A stretch of DNA of 63,991 nucleotides, the filler included, from an uncultured Methanoregulaceae archaeon (GTDB taxonomy: Archaea; Halobacteriota; Methanomicrobia; Methanomicrobiales; Methanospirillaceae), in NCBI GenBank assembly GCA_964530035.1. It is 6 parts of 6 records of this genome, joined end to end, with 100 filler letters (N's around TTAATTAATTAA, not from the genome) between each part and the next. Parts side by side here need not be neighbours in the genome. Positions count along the whole stretch, not along the records: positions 33,860 to 44,819 come from CAZGXZ010000077.1; positions 44,920 to 55,817 come from CAZGXZ010000078.1; 4 more parts are not named here. The stretch is one strand, 5' to 3'. The position numbers and the translations under genes are program-made. Position 1 is the stretch's first letter. Every line of letters starts with the position of its first letter. Below, in pieces: positions 37,716 to 47,216 of the stretch. Below the pieces are notes generated by a model. The model had not been told where the DNA came from. It did not search any database and was given only the letters and a program-made list of their open reading frames with translations.

Positions 37716-38534
37716 ATGGAAGGGCGGAGTGCGGACACCAGGGTCATTAATGCGGAAATAAGAATTGAAAGTGTTCTGAAGGGCTATGAAAATGTGGTCG
37801 TGGCCTTTTCTGGCGGCGTTGACAGCGCACTCCTCGCCGTGACCGCATCCCGGGTTCTCGGCGACAGGGCTCTCTCCTGTATCATCGACAGCCCCCTCCT
37901 CCCCCGACGGGAGCTCCAGGATGCCAGGGAGCTGGCGGCAGAGTACCATGTCCCGCTTGAGGTTATCCCGGTTGACATCCTTAAAATCCCTGAGGTCCTT
38001 GGGAACCGGAAGGACAGGTGCTACTACTGCAAGATGGAACTTTCCAGGGTTTTGCTGTCCCGTGCACGAGAGCTGGCTGGTGCCGTGGTGGTTGACGGAC
38101 TGAACCTGTCCGACCTTGGTGAATACCGTCCGGGCCTTGCCGCAAGCAACGAAGCTGGTATTCAGCACCCGTACATCGCAGCCGGGATAGACAAGGAGTG
38201 TATCAGGAGGATCGCTCACAGTCGTGGTTTCGCATTCTGGGACAAACCACCCGCTGCCTGCCTCGGGTCCCGTTTTCCGTATGGTGAAACGCTTGAAATC
38301 TCCAGGCTGGCAGTGGTTGAGGAAGCAGAGAACATGCTGTCACAGGCAGGGCTCTCACCCGTCAGGGTGAGGTATCATGGTCCTGTTGCGCGTATTGAGG
38401 TTGATATCGCTGACTTTCAGAACGTCGTGGCGATGCATGAAACCCTGGTCAGAAAAATGAACGCGCTTGGGATCCCCCATGTGACCCTTGACCTGAAGGG
38501 TTTTCGGAGCGGGAGCATGGATGAGTCCCTGTAA
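37716..38534 (+). CDS. larE: ATP-dependent sulfur insertase LarE
   Basis: PP-loop AFSGGVDS, RCYYCK, YRPG, KPPAACLGSRFPYG, RVRYHG..ARIEV, LKGFRSGSM. Confidence 0.92.
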   Translation: MEGRSADTRVINAEIRIESVLKGYENVVVAFSGGVDSALLAVTASRVLGDRALSCIIDSPLLPRRELQDARELAAEYHVPLEVIPVDILKIPEVLGNRKDRCYYCKMELSRVLLSRARELAGAVVVDGLNLSDLGEYRPGLAASNEAGIQHPYIAAGIDKECIRRIAHSRGFAFWDKPPAACLGSRFPYGETLEISRLAVVEEAENMLSQAGLSPVRVRYHGPVARIEVDIADFQNVVAMHETLVRKMNALGIPHVTLDLKGFRSGSMDESL

Positions 38535-38789
38535 TACCGGTTACGAAATTTCAGGTCTGTTTCGCCGCCCTTGGGAGGATCTCTTCAGTAAAATGCATGT
38601 ATTCGTCAGGGACACCCCCATCGGGCAATGGCAATGCCCGGCCCTGAACCCCCGAGCCAGTGAATTAAAGGTCAAAACCCCAAAGAAAGGTCTGATAAAG
38701 CCGGGTCATAACCGGTTAAAAGGCGTCGCCAGGTTCTCATTCCGCGATACTTTATAAAAGGGGGCCTTGCGCACCTTCGTGAGCAGGGG

Positions 38790-39740
38790 TTATGATTCCT
38801 GCACATTGCTCCCTGCCGTGCCTTCTTCGAGAAGAGTGCAGACCCTGCAGAACATACCGGATGCTGGTGCGCCACACTGTGAACACCGGCCAAGGGGGAG
38901 TGGTGGGGGGGATTTTTTCCGCATGCACTTCCGAAATGATTCATACCTCCGCATCATGAGCCGCATGGCACCAGGGCTGTCCATTTCAAAGAGGTTGAGC
39001 AGTTCTCTGACTTCTGCCCGGAGCGCGTGACGGGTGTAAGGGCATTCCGGGAGGTCCCTGTAGAGTCCGGAGAGCATGGCATACAACGCGACCTCCCGCT
39101 CCATGAGCCTGTGAAGAGGCTTGATCCTGGGGATGAAAGGGCCGCGCCCCTGATCAGGGAGTTTCCGGGTGATTCTTTTCATATCCGCCTTGAGGACGTT
39201 CATGGCCGCCGCCTGGACCTCATCATCAAGACAGTGACCGGTTGCCACAAGCGTTGCACCTGCCTGTCGTGCGCCCTCCTCAAGCAGCCTTTTTCTCAAG
39301 GTGCCGCAATAACTGCATGCCCTGGACTCCCGGCCGGCAAGCATCTGGTCAAGAGTTTTTCCGAACCGATCCTTGAACGAGAGGCATACCATAGGTATTC
39401 CAAGACCGTGGCACAGGTTGCTGGCAGCTTCCAGGGTTTCATCGCGGTATCCGGCGATACCCTCATCCACCGTGACGGCGACAAGGCCGGTAATCCCGAG
39501 CCGGTCCTTCAGGCGGTGGAGGAGGTACAGGAGTACTGAACTGTCTTTCCCCCCTGACAGTGCTACGGCAATGCGACTACCGGGCGGCACCAGGTTTCCT
39601 GCCCTGATGGTTGTAATGGCCTGCTCTTCGATGTAGCCTGAAAAATGCGAGGCGCAGAGGTGGCGCGCATGTTCCCTGTCGAAAAAAACCGCGGGGGTGG
39701 TACATTCCGAACAGAGGGGAGAATGACCCGGGGAGACCAT
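38790..39740 (-). CDS. TtuA/Ncs6-family tRNA 2-thiolation protein (TIGR00269-like)
   Basis: N- and C-terminal Zn fingers, ALSGGKDS, VDEGIAGYRD, CSYCG, TGHCLDD, PRIKPL, ECPY. Confidence 0.9.
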   Translation of the reverse strand: MVSPGHSPLCSECTTPAVFFDREHARHLCASHFSGYIEEQAITTIRAGNLVPPGSRIAVALSGGKDSSVLLYLLHRLKDRLGITGLVAVTVDEGIAGYRDETLEAASNLCHGLGIPMVCLSFKDRFGKTLDQMLAGRESRACSYCGTLRKRLLEEGARQAGATLVATGHCLDDEVQAAAMNVLKADMKRITRKLPDQGRGPFIPRIKPLHRLMEREVALYAMLSGLYRDLPECPYTRHALRAEVRELLNLFEMDSPGAMRLMMRRYESFRKCMRKKSPPPLPLGRCSQCGAPASGMFCRVCTLLEEGTAGSNVQES

Positions 39741-39744
39741 GTAT

Positions 39745-39939
39745 TCAGCCCCCATGTACGATCCGGGTGATAAGGATCTCGTCATGTTCAAAGAGCCACG
39801 TATCATCAGGGATTATTGTCCCAGAGCGGGAAACGATCACTTCAACCGGGTTTATACCAAGATGTTTCAGGAGGTCCTCGACGGCACCCCCCCTGAAGTC
39901 AACGTTTTCGGTTTTTCCTCCACTGAACCTGACCTGCAT
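39745..39939 (-). CDS. ThiS/MoaD (SAMP-like) sulfur carrier
   Basis: 64 aa beta-grasp-sized protein ending in HGG, directly upstream of the TtuA-like gene. Confidence 0.9.
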   Translation of the reverse strand: MQVRFSGGKTENVDFRGGAVEDLLKHLGINPVEVIVSRSGTIIPDDTWLFEHDEILITRIVHGG

Positions 39940-40028
39940 CGTCGTGTATGGATTGGAATGCAATCCCTCATCACAGTGTAGGGTGCTCATCGCCGCGATG
40001 CCTGCGCGCGGGGGCCCCCGTTTCTCCT

Positions 40029-41187
40029 CTACAGGTCCTTCAGTTTCCGGAGACGACCACACGCCTGGATGAGTGTTTCATCCTCCTTTGAGAAGGTGAA
40101 ACGGACAAATGCATTGGGCCCGTCATGGAAGAACGACGATCCCGGCACTGCGGCCACTCCGATCTCGCGGACGAGGAACCCGGCAAAGCTGGTGTCATCC
40201 ATCCCGAAGCCACCTGCATCCGCAAGGATGTAGTACGCCCCCTCGGGGAGCGTGACCCCGAACCCTGCCTCCTTGAGCCCTTTGTACAGTATCATCCGTT
40301 TCCGGTCGTAGTCCCTGGCAAGGTCTGAATAATAGGACTCAGGGAGGTCAAGGGCTGTGATACATGCATGCTGGAGCGGGGCGGGGGCTCCGACCGTCAG
40401 GAAATCATGGACCTTCCTGATCTGCGAACTCATCCCTGCATCTGCAGCCGCGTATCCCACCCGCCAGCCCGTTACACTGTATGTTTTCGAAAAACTACCA
40501 ATGGTTGACGGTCCTGTCGTGCATGTCCCCGATCCGGGCGATTGATACGTGCCCGTGCCCATCGAACAGGATGTGCTCGTAGATCTCGTCAGAAATGGCG
40601 ATAGCGTTGAAATCTTCACACAGGTCCGCAATTACCCCAAGTAGTTCCCTCCCATATACCTTTCCCGAAGGATTGTTGGGCGTGTTGAGGACGATGGCAC
40701 GGGTTGACCGTGAAAAGGCCGCGGTCAGTGCATCCATATCCGGTAACCAGTCCTTTCCGACGGGTATGAACCTCGGCCTTGCGCCGGAGATAATACTGTC
40801 CGGCCCGTAGTTTTCATAGAACGGTTCGGGGATGAGCACCTCATCGCCTGGTTTCGTCAGGGCAAGCAGTGAGGCGATCATGGCTTCCGTCGAGCCGCAC
40901 GTCACCGTGATTTCTGACTCCGGGTTGTAGTGGATCCGGTTGTATTCAGCAAGCCTCCGGGAAAGCCCGGCCCTGAGCCCCGGGACACCCCAGGTGACGG
41001 CATACTGGTTGTAATCATCGGTTACCGCCTGGCATGCCGCCTGTTTAAGTATGTCCGGCGCAGGAAAGTCTGGAAAACCCTGGGCGAGGTTGATTGCGGA
41101 ATAGGTTTGGGCAAGCCTCGTCATCTCCCTGATCACCGACTCAGAGAAGGAGAATCTCCCCGTTACTATCCTGGAATGGTCAACCAT
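40029..41187 (-). pseudogene. PLP-dependent class I/II aminotransferase split by a +1 frameshift near 40505
   Basis: 5' part INLAQGFPDF..NTPNNPSGK..SDEIYEH..DRTV; 3' part TIGSFSKTYSVTGWRVG..VPGSSF..RFTF; one extra A in gtc-A-acc. Confidence 0.85.
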
Positions 41188-41289
41188 CGTGACAGCTCCG
41201 TCTTTGTTGCCTCTAACTGCCCGCGCGGGCAGTGTTTTGATTTCGTTCAACGATAGGCCTTGCTCCGGGGAGCGCACAGAAGACGGGTT

Positions 41290-41937
41290 TCATGGGCTCT
41301 TTTCCGCAAGGAACCGCTTTCTCTCCCTGATAATCCGCTTCAGACGGGCTGCTGCGGCGGTGATGTCCTGCTCCCCGACAACTGCAGAAATGACGGCAAC
41401 ACCGTCAGCCCCGGTATCAAGGACATCAACGACGTTTTCCGGTCCTATCCCCCCGATGGCGATCACCGGAACATCCACTGCCGACCGGATCACCCGGAGG
41501 GTGTCAAGACCTTTTCCCGGGCCTGCATCACCCTTGGATGCGGTGTCAAAGGTGGGGGAGAGTGCGATGTAATCGGCGCCTTCTGAAACGACGGATATGG
41601 CCTCCTCCAGCGTCCCAACCGATGCCCCGATGATGAAACCCGGAGGAGTGATGCGGCGGGCCTCCCTGACCGGCAGGTCGTCCCTGCCCAGGTGCACACC
41701 ATCGGCACTGGCAGCAAGGGCAAGGTCAAGACGATCGTTCACGATGAATAACACCCCGGAAACCGAGGTAATCCCCCGGATTGCACGTGCCGCAGCAAGG
41801 AGAGCGGCTCCCCCTGCCTGCTTGTCCCTGAGCTGGATGACGTCCGCGCCCCCGGCGACCGCGCGCAAGGCGATCTGTTCGTGGGAAAGCCCTCCCGCTA
41901 TCGAGGGATCTGTAATAACATAGAGGTCAAGGATCAT
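41290..41937 (-). CDS. thiE: Thiamine-phosphate synthase
   Basis: LYVIT, IQLRDK, IVNDRLD, DGVHLG, AIGGI, GVAVISA. Confidence 0.96.
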   Translation of the reverse strand: MILDLYVITDPSIAGGLSHEQIALRAVAGGADVIQLRDKQAGGAALLAAARAIRGITSVSGVLFIVNDRLDLALAASADGVHLGRDDLPVREARRITPPGFIIGASVGTLEEAISVVSEGADYIALSPTFDTASKGDAGPGKGLDTLRVIRSAVDVPVIAIGGIGPENVVDVLDTGADGVAVISAVVGEQDITAAAARLKRIIRERKRFLAEKSP

Positions 41938-41947
41938 GCCTGCCGCT

Positions 41948-42748
41948 TCATTTCACCCTGATCCGGGCATGGTTCCTGATGTCAACGGGCATAAGGGCGG
42001 CCAGTTCATCAAAGAGGCCTGTCCTGAAGGAGCAGGGGCCTGAAGACTTCATGGCGGAGCGTTCCGCGGCCAAGCCGAATGCGGAAAGGGCTGCTGCAGA
42101 GGCGATGACGGTATCCTCGGAGACGGCTGAAAACGCACCGACGAGCGAGGCAGCCATGCACCCGGTCCCTGAGAGGTTTTCCATCCACGGGTGACCGTTT
42201 TCCACGATGAATGTCCTTTTTCCATCTGAGATGACATCTTCAGGCCCGGTCATCACCACGGTACAGCCGCATTCATCAGCAAATGCGGACGTTACCCGGA
42301 CGGGATCCCCGATGAGCCCTGCAGAATCCACGCCCCTCACAGTCGCCTCCTCCCCTGCAAGGACACCTATCTCGCCGGCGTTCCCCTTCAGCACTGCAAT
42401 TTCCATCTTGCCCATGAGGCTTCGTACGGTCGTCGTCCTGAACTGCGTTGCTCCGGCCCCGACCGGGTCGAGGATGATCGGAATACCCTTCTCGTTGGCC
42501 ATTTTTCCGGCGAGGACCATCGACTCGACCTGTGTCCTGTTCAGGGTCCCGATATTCAGGACGAGGGCGTCTGCGAGGGCGGTCATCTCCCCGACCTCCT
42601 CAGGGGCCTCGGCCATCACCGGGGCAGCCCCGCAGCAGAGGGTGATATTGGCACAGTCGTTTATCGTCACGGTGTTCGTGATGTGGTGGACGAGCGGACG
42701 GTCTTCCTTCACGCGTGCGAAACATGCCGCATATGATGTAGTGTCCAT
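41948..42748 (-). CDS. thiM: Hydroxyethylthiazole kinase
   Basis: [35 protein letters not shown]. Confidence 0.96.
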   Translation of the reverse strand: MDTTSYAACFARVKEDRPLVHHITNTVTINDCANITLCCGAAPVMAEAPEEVGEMTALADALVLNIGTLNRTQVESMVLAGKMANEKGIPIILDPVGAGATQFRTTTVRSLMGKMEIAVLKGNAGEIGVLAGEEATVRGVDSAGLIGDPVRVTSAFADECGCTVVMTGPEDVISDGKRTFIVENGHPWMENLSGTGCMAASLVGAFSAVSEDTVIASAAALSAFGLAAERSAMKSSGPCSFRTGLFDELAALMPVDIRNHARIRVK

Positions 42749-42966
42749 GTGGTTCACCGGGAGAACCCTCCCTGAAGATGCGCAATCGGCGTTACTCGGG
42801 AGTCTAATATCCATTGTCCTTGTAAATTGTTAGAGTATTCTCTCAGTACCCGGCGAGGATCCTAATCCTCCGGGAGCGTGCTGGGCAGTTCCGGGAAACC
42901 CCATGCTCATGGTGCCGCGGGTATTGCTCATACAACGCGGAAATATTTAGTGGTTTTTTCATTCCG

Positions 42967-44163
42967 TCATGAACCAACGGACTTATCAGGGCAGTACTCA
43001 TTCCGATAGAACCAGTTCCGGTAGATAATGGGGGTAATGATAGTCGTAAGGAGGCTCATCAGGACCAGGGCGACATACACCCCCTGACCAATAATTCCCG
43101 ACTCGAGACCGATGAGGGCGACGATCATTGCGACCTCCCCCCTTGGAGCCATTCCGAAACCAACAATAAGGGCGTCCCGCGTGCAGAGGCCGCCAAGCCG
43201 GGCTGGGATCCCGCAGCCGATGACCTTGGTGAGGATTGCGACGGCCGTAAGAACTATGAGGAATACGAGGATTTCCGGAGTGAAAGCGTGGAGATCCACG
43301 AGTATGCCGAGAGAGACAAAAAAAATAGAGGCAAAAATGATCTGAAGGTATTCCGCACCCTCCTTCAAGCTTCTGCTCTGGTGCAGCTCGACATCCTTGA
43401 AGGACACCCCTGCGATGAAGGCTCCCACGATAGCGGAGAGACCGACAGCTTCGGCTCCCATTGCATAGAGGAATGCAAGCATCATCGCGAATATGAAGAT
43501 GAACTCCGGGTATTTCCGGGCGAACCCGGTCCTGTCAAGGCGGACGAGGTACTTTGCGATGACAAAAAGACCGAGTGCCGCTCCGATCACGATGAATGCC
43601 ACAGCCTTCAGTGTTATCAGGGCTATACCGGCATAGGAGAACGATCCATGGACAATATCCGTGCTGATTGCCAGGACCATGAGGGCCAGGACATCATCAA
43701 TGACGGCAGCACCTATGATGGCCTTTGCGGCCTCGGTATGGAGTTTTCCTAGTTCTCTGAGAACATTTGCCGTTATCGCGATGCTTGTCGCGGTCAGGGC
43801 GGTACCGATGAAGATGGCACTCGATGGATCGTACCCTGACAGGGTCGCGAGTCCATACCCTCCAATCCACGGGACGACCACCCCGAGTGATGCGATGGCC
43901 CAGTTTCTTGGAGCGATGATGTCCCTGAGGCTGAACTCGAACCCTATGACAAACAACAGGATGACGGCGCCGAGGTGTGCCAGGGCACTCACAAAGTCGG
44001 TATAGGTTATCAGCCCGAAAACGCTCGGTCCGACCAGGATGCCCACCAGTATGAGCCCTATGACCGCTGACTGGTTAATGCGGGATGCGACAAGGTACCC
44101 TGCGAGGGCTACAAACAGGAGAAGACTCATCTGGAATTCCGGCAGGGATACTAGCGATTCCAT
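42967..44163 (-). CDS. Cation:proton antiporter (CPA2/NapA-like)
   Basis: About 12 TM; TATSIAIT, GAAVIDD, GAFIAG, PRGEV. Confidence 0.93.
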   Translation of the reverse strand: MESLVSLPEFQMSLLLFVALAGYLVASRINQSAVIGLILVGILVGPSVFGLITYTDFVSALAHLGAVILLFVIGFEFSLRDIIAPRNWAIASLGVVVPWIGGYGLATLSGYDPSSAIFIGTALTATSIAITANVLRELGKLHTEAAKAIIGAAVIDDVLALMVLAISTDIVHGSFSYAGIALITLKAVAFIVIGAALGLFVIAKYLVRLDRTGFARKYPEFIFIFAMMLAFLYAMGAEAVGLSAIVGAFIAGVSFKDVELHQSRSLKEGAEYLQIIFASIFFVSLGILVDLHAFTPEILVFLIVLTAVAILTKVIGCGIPARLGGLCTRDALIVGFGMAPRGEVAMIVALIGLESGIIGQGVYVALVLMSLLTTIITPIIYRNWFYRNEYCPDKSVGS

Positions 44164-44366
44164 GGTATGAAATCAGGTTTTAATGGACAAACCCTTTTGG
44201 TATCTGACTTATGACTGTCGCTTAACCCCAGGTTTTACCTTTAAAATTGCGTAACCGCGAGGGGGAAAAACAGCCTGAACCGGGCTGGCCATGCGGTTGC
44301 TTCATGACCGGATGGTATAGGAAGATCAGGCCATTGATCCGGCTGAACAGGTTTTCAGGTGGGAAA

Positions 44367-44819
44367 TCATGTTTTTATCGCATCTCCCGTTATCCGCACG
44401 CCACATTCACGGGCGAGTTCGAGCATCTTCGGGGGGAGGCTCCGCCACCTCCAGAACCCGTACCTGATGAACTCCGGTGAAAAACCATTCTTTTCTCCCC
44501 AGCCTGTCAGGAATGAGAACCATCTCCTCTCAAGTTCGGGATGGGTCTCCTTCAGGAGCTCGAACTCGAACTCAAGCTTCGCCGGGCAGAGATAACATCC
44601 GATCCGCTCGAGGCCCATCTCATACAGTGGGTTGCATGGAATTTTTTTCCACCAGATGTAGAGCCATACTTCAAGCGCCCGCCAGTTCCGGATGGGCGAT
44701 ATGTTCAGCTGGTCAGGGTTGAAGGCATTTTCTGCTGTCCCCGAAAGGCTTGCCCTTGCAAACGACTCGTACCAGCGGTTTCCCTGGACGGTGACACACC
44801 TGCCCTGGGGCTTTAACCA
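44367..44819 (-). CDS. PAPS-reductase-family protein, C-terminal part (5'-truncated)
   Basis: Manual translation VQGNRWYESFAR..SPIRNWRALEVWLYI..NPLYEMGLERIGCYLCP. Confidence 0.85.
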   Translation of the reverse strand, partial: WLKPQGRCVTVQGNRWYESFARASLSGTAENAFNPDQLNISPIRNWRALEVWLYIWWKKIPCNPLYEMGLERIGCYLCPAKLEFEFELLKETHPELERRWFSFLTGWGEKNGFSPEFIRYGFWRWRSLPPKMLELARECGVRITGDAIKT

Positions 44820-44919
44820 NNNNNNNNNNNNNNNNNNNNNNNNNNNNNNNNNNNNNNNNNNNNTTAATTAATTAANNNNNNNNNNNNNNNNNNNNNNNNN
44901 NNNNNNNNNNNNNNNNNNN
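44820..44919. other. Artificial contig spacer
   Basis: N run with TTAATTAATTAA. Confidence 0.99.
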
Positions 44920-45762
44920 GAGGGAGACCTTGTTGATGATGGCGAAGCTCTGGAGGACCCGTCCCATCCCCTTCGAGAGGAGGTCGGCAGTGGTCTGGAC
45001 CCGCGGAGAAACCCCGTAGCTCTGGAGCATGTCCTTCACGAACTTTTCGGAGTAGCCCGGCTTGACCTTTACGGTGATGTAATCCGCCTTGTCGAGCGTG
45101 TTTCCTTCGACCTGCTCCATGTCCGTCCAGGTCACATAGCCCGTGCTGTCCGCGGCGTTCCACCCCGTCTCGTAGATGCCCTTGACCCGGTAGTCCCTCG
45201 TAAAGCCGTTCCCGTACTCGACGGTGACCGAGTCCCCGACTCTTACGCCGCCAAGGGAGGCCTGGAACTCGTCCTCCTCCCTGACCGATGAGTCGCCGGC
45301 GACGGTCTTCCCGATGATGATCTCGCCAGTGTCCCCTTCTCCGAGGTAGCTGCCCGCGATGATCTTCGAGTACAGGGGGGAGATGTACTTCTCGTCGGTG
45401 GGCCGTATCGCCCGTATCGAGGCACCGAGGATCCGCTGGCGGTACTTGAGGGTCGCCCCCTTGGAGAAGTGGGGTGTCGCCCGTTCGACGCCGGGCATGC
45501 CGTTGATGAGGTCGAGCGTCGCGTCGAGATCGGTGACGTACTGGTTGCCCGACTGGGGGCTGACGAGGACGTTCCCGATCTCGTAGTCGACGATCTGTTT
45601 CGTGATGCCCTGGCCGATTCCACTGAAGAGGGCGGGGAGGAAGATCATGTTGGTGAAGCACATCCCGATGATAAGGATGGTCAGGAGTGCGCTCGACCTG
45701 CTCCCCCGCTTCAGCGACCGCCACGCAAGGAACAGGGAGACCTTCAGCTCTTTTTTACCCAT
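44920..45762 (-). CDS. ABC transporter permease (MacB/FtsX type), 3'-truncated
   Basis: FLAWRSL..S.LTIL, large extracytoplasmic domain, GSYL....GEIIIG, YRVKGIY. Confidence 0.88.
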
Positions 45763-47000
45763 GGAAGGGCTCCGTTCCCGTTCTTGCGGGGGAGGTACCA
45801 GTACCGGTAGGCGAGGAACCCGCCGATGAGGATGATGATGACGAGGAGGATGATGGTGCCGGTGTAGTCCTCGGGTACGACCCGGAGGGACATCGGCTTC
45901 GATATGGTATGGGTACCGAGGTCGTCGGTGTAGGTGATGGTGGTGGTATAGTCATAGCTGCCCCCGGCCGCTCCATCGAGTGAGAATATGGCCGGTGCAT
46001 CGTTTCCTGGCTTGATCTTTCCGATGAACGACTGCTTCGTGCCGGTCATGGGGAGGTCCACGGTCGCCGAGACCTGTTTTGCTTCGCCCGTACCGGTGTT
46101 TTCGATCCTGATGGTGATGTCAAACGGCTGGTTTGCCGTCACCCTGCGGGGGCTCGTGTCGACCGAGACGAAACCAAGTTCGGCCTTGCCCTTCATGATG
46201 ACATCAATCGAGGAACTCTCGGTGTAGGGCGTCCCGTCGAGCCAGATATACTGCAGGGTGACCGGGATCCGGATGAGGCCGGGCTCGGTCTTCTTGTCTG
46301 AGAGCAGCACGAGGTCTACGGTCTTCTGGTCGTTCCCCTTCACCTCGCCGATATGGTACAGCGCCGTGTTCTTCGGGGCGATCATGCTGCTGACGTTGTC
46401 AATTCTGAGGGTGACATCGTCGGCAAGGGTCTCCCCGCTGTTCCTGACGGTCAGGGTCACCGGGATCTCGTCACCCGGGTTGACCGTGTCAGGGAACCTG
46501 CTCTCAAGGATCATGATCGCCTGCTTCTGGACCCCGACCGAGGTGTTGACGTTCACCGGTATCGGGTACCGGGTGCTCCGTCCCCCGCTTGTAGCGATCC
46601 AGACCTCGGGGTAATACATCCCGCTCTTTGGCGGGGCCTGGATGGTGAAGGTAAAAGGCAGGGACTGTCCCGGTCCGATCTCACCGACACGGTCAAAGTC
46701 CTTCGAGAGGAGCTTCACGCCATTTCCAAACAGCTGGACCTTCTCGATGTTCACGTTGATGTCGGTTACCTTGGTCGTGGTGAACTCGTTCGTGTAGTAC
46801 CCCGAGTTCTCCTTCATCGTGGCGCTGTTTGCGGTGTTCTTCACGATGATGCTGATGGTGCCCACAGAGTCGGGCATCATGATCGACGGGTTCACCCGGT
46901 ACTCGGTGACCATCACCGTGGGTGAATCGGCCGCAGGTACGGAAATTACCAGCGTAGCGATGGCTACGAGGATAATTGCCATAATTGAAATATTTTTCAT
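45744..47000 (-). CDS. COG1361 S-layer-like/CARDB-repeat membrane-anchored protein
   Basis: Signal peptide, repeated Ig-like VRNSG..A/IENTG..A motifs, C-terminal TM; typical partner of MacB-type ABC genes. Confidence 0.82.
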   Translation of the reverse strand: MKNISIMAIILVAIATLVISVPAADSPTVMVTEYRVNPSIMMPDSVGTISIIVKNTANSATMKENSGYYTNEFTTTKVTDINVNIEKVQLFGNGVKLLSKDFDRVGEIGPGQSLPFTFTIQAPPKSGMYYPEVWIATSGGRSTRYPIPVNVNTSVGVQKQAIMILESRFPDTVNPGDEIPVTLTVRNSGETLADDVTLRIDNVSSMIAPKNTALYHIGEVKGNDQKTVDLVLLSDKKTEPGLIRIPVTLQYIWLDGTPYTESSSIDVIMKGKAELGFVSVDTSPRRVTANQPFDITIRIENTGTGEAKQVSATVDLPMTGTKQSFIGKIKPGNDAPAIFSLDGAAGGSYDYTTTITYTDDLGTHTISKPMSLRVVPEDYTGTIILLVIIILIGGFLAYRYWYLPRKNGNGALPWVKKS

Positions 47001-47216
47001 CTGTCAGATCTTCCCCTTGGGTGAATGATGTCTGGTCCTCTTTGTTTAAAGGATTTCACCCTGTTCCCCGGGTGAAGGATGGCTTCTTCTTTCACCCTGC
47101 ATACTGTTCCTCCCAGCAGCAGGGGACAGCGTTCTCCCCGGGGTGAAAGAGCAGGGCCCCCGCGAAGCCTCCTATACCTGACACCATAAAGGCGGGCAAA
47201 CTTCCCGTGCCCAGGA

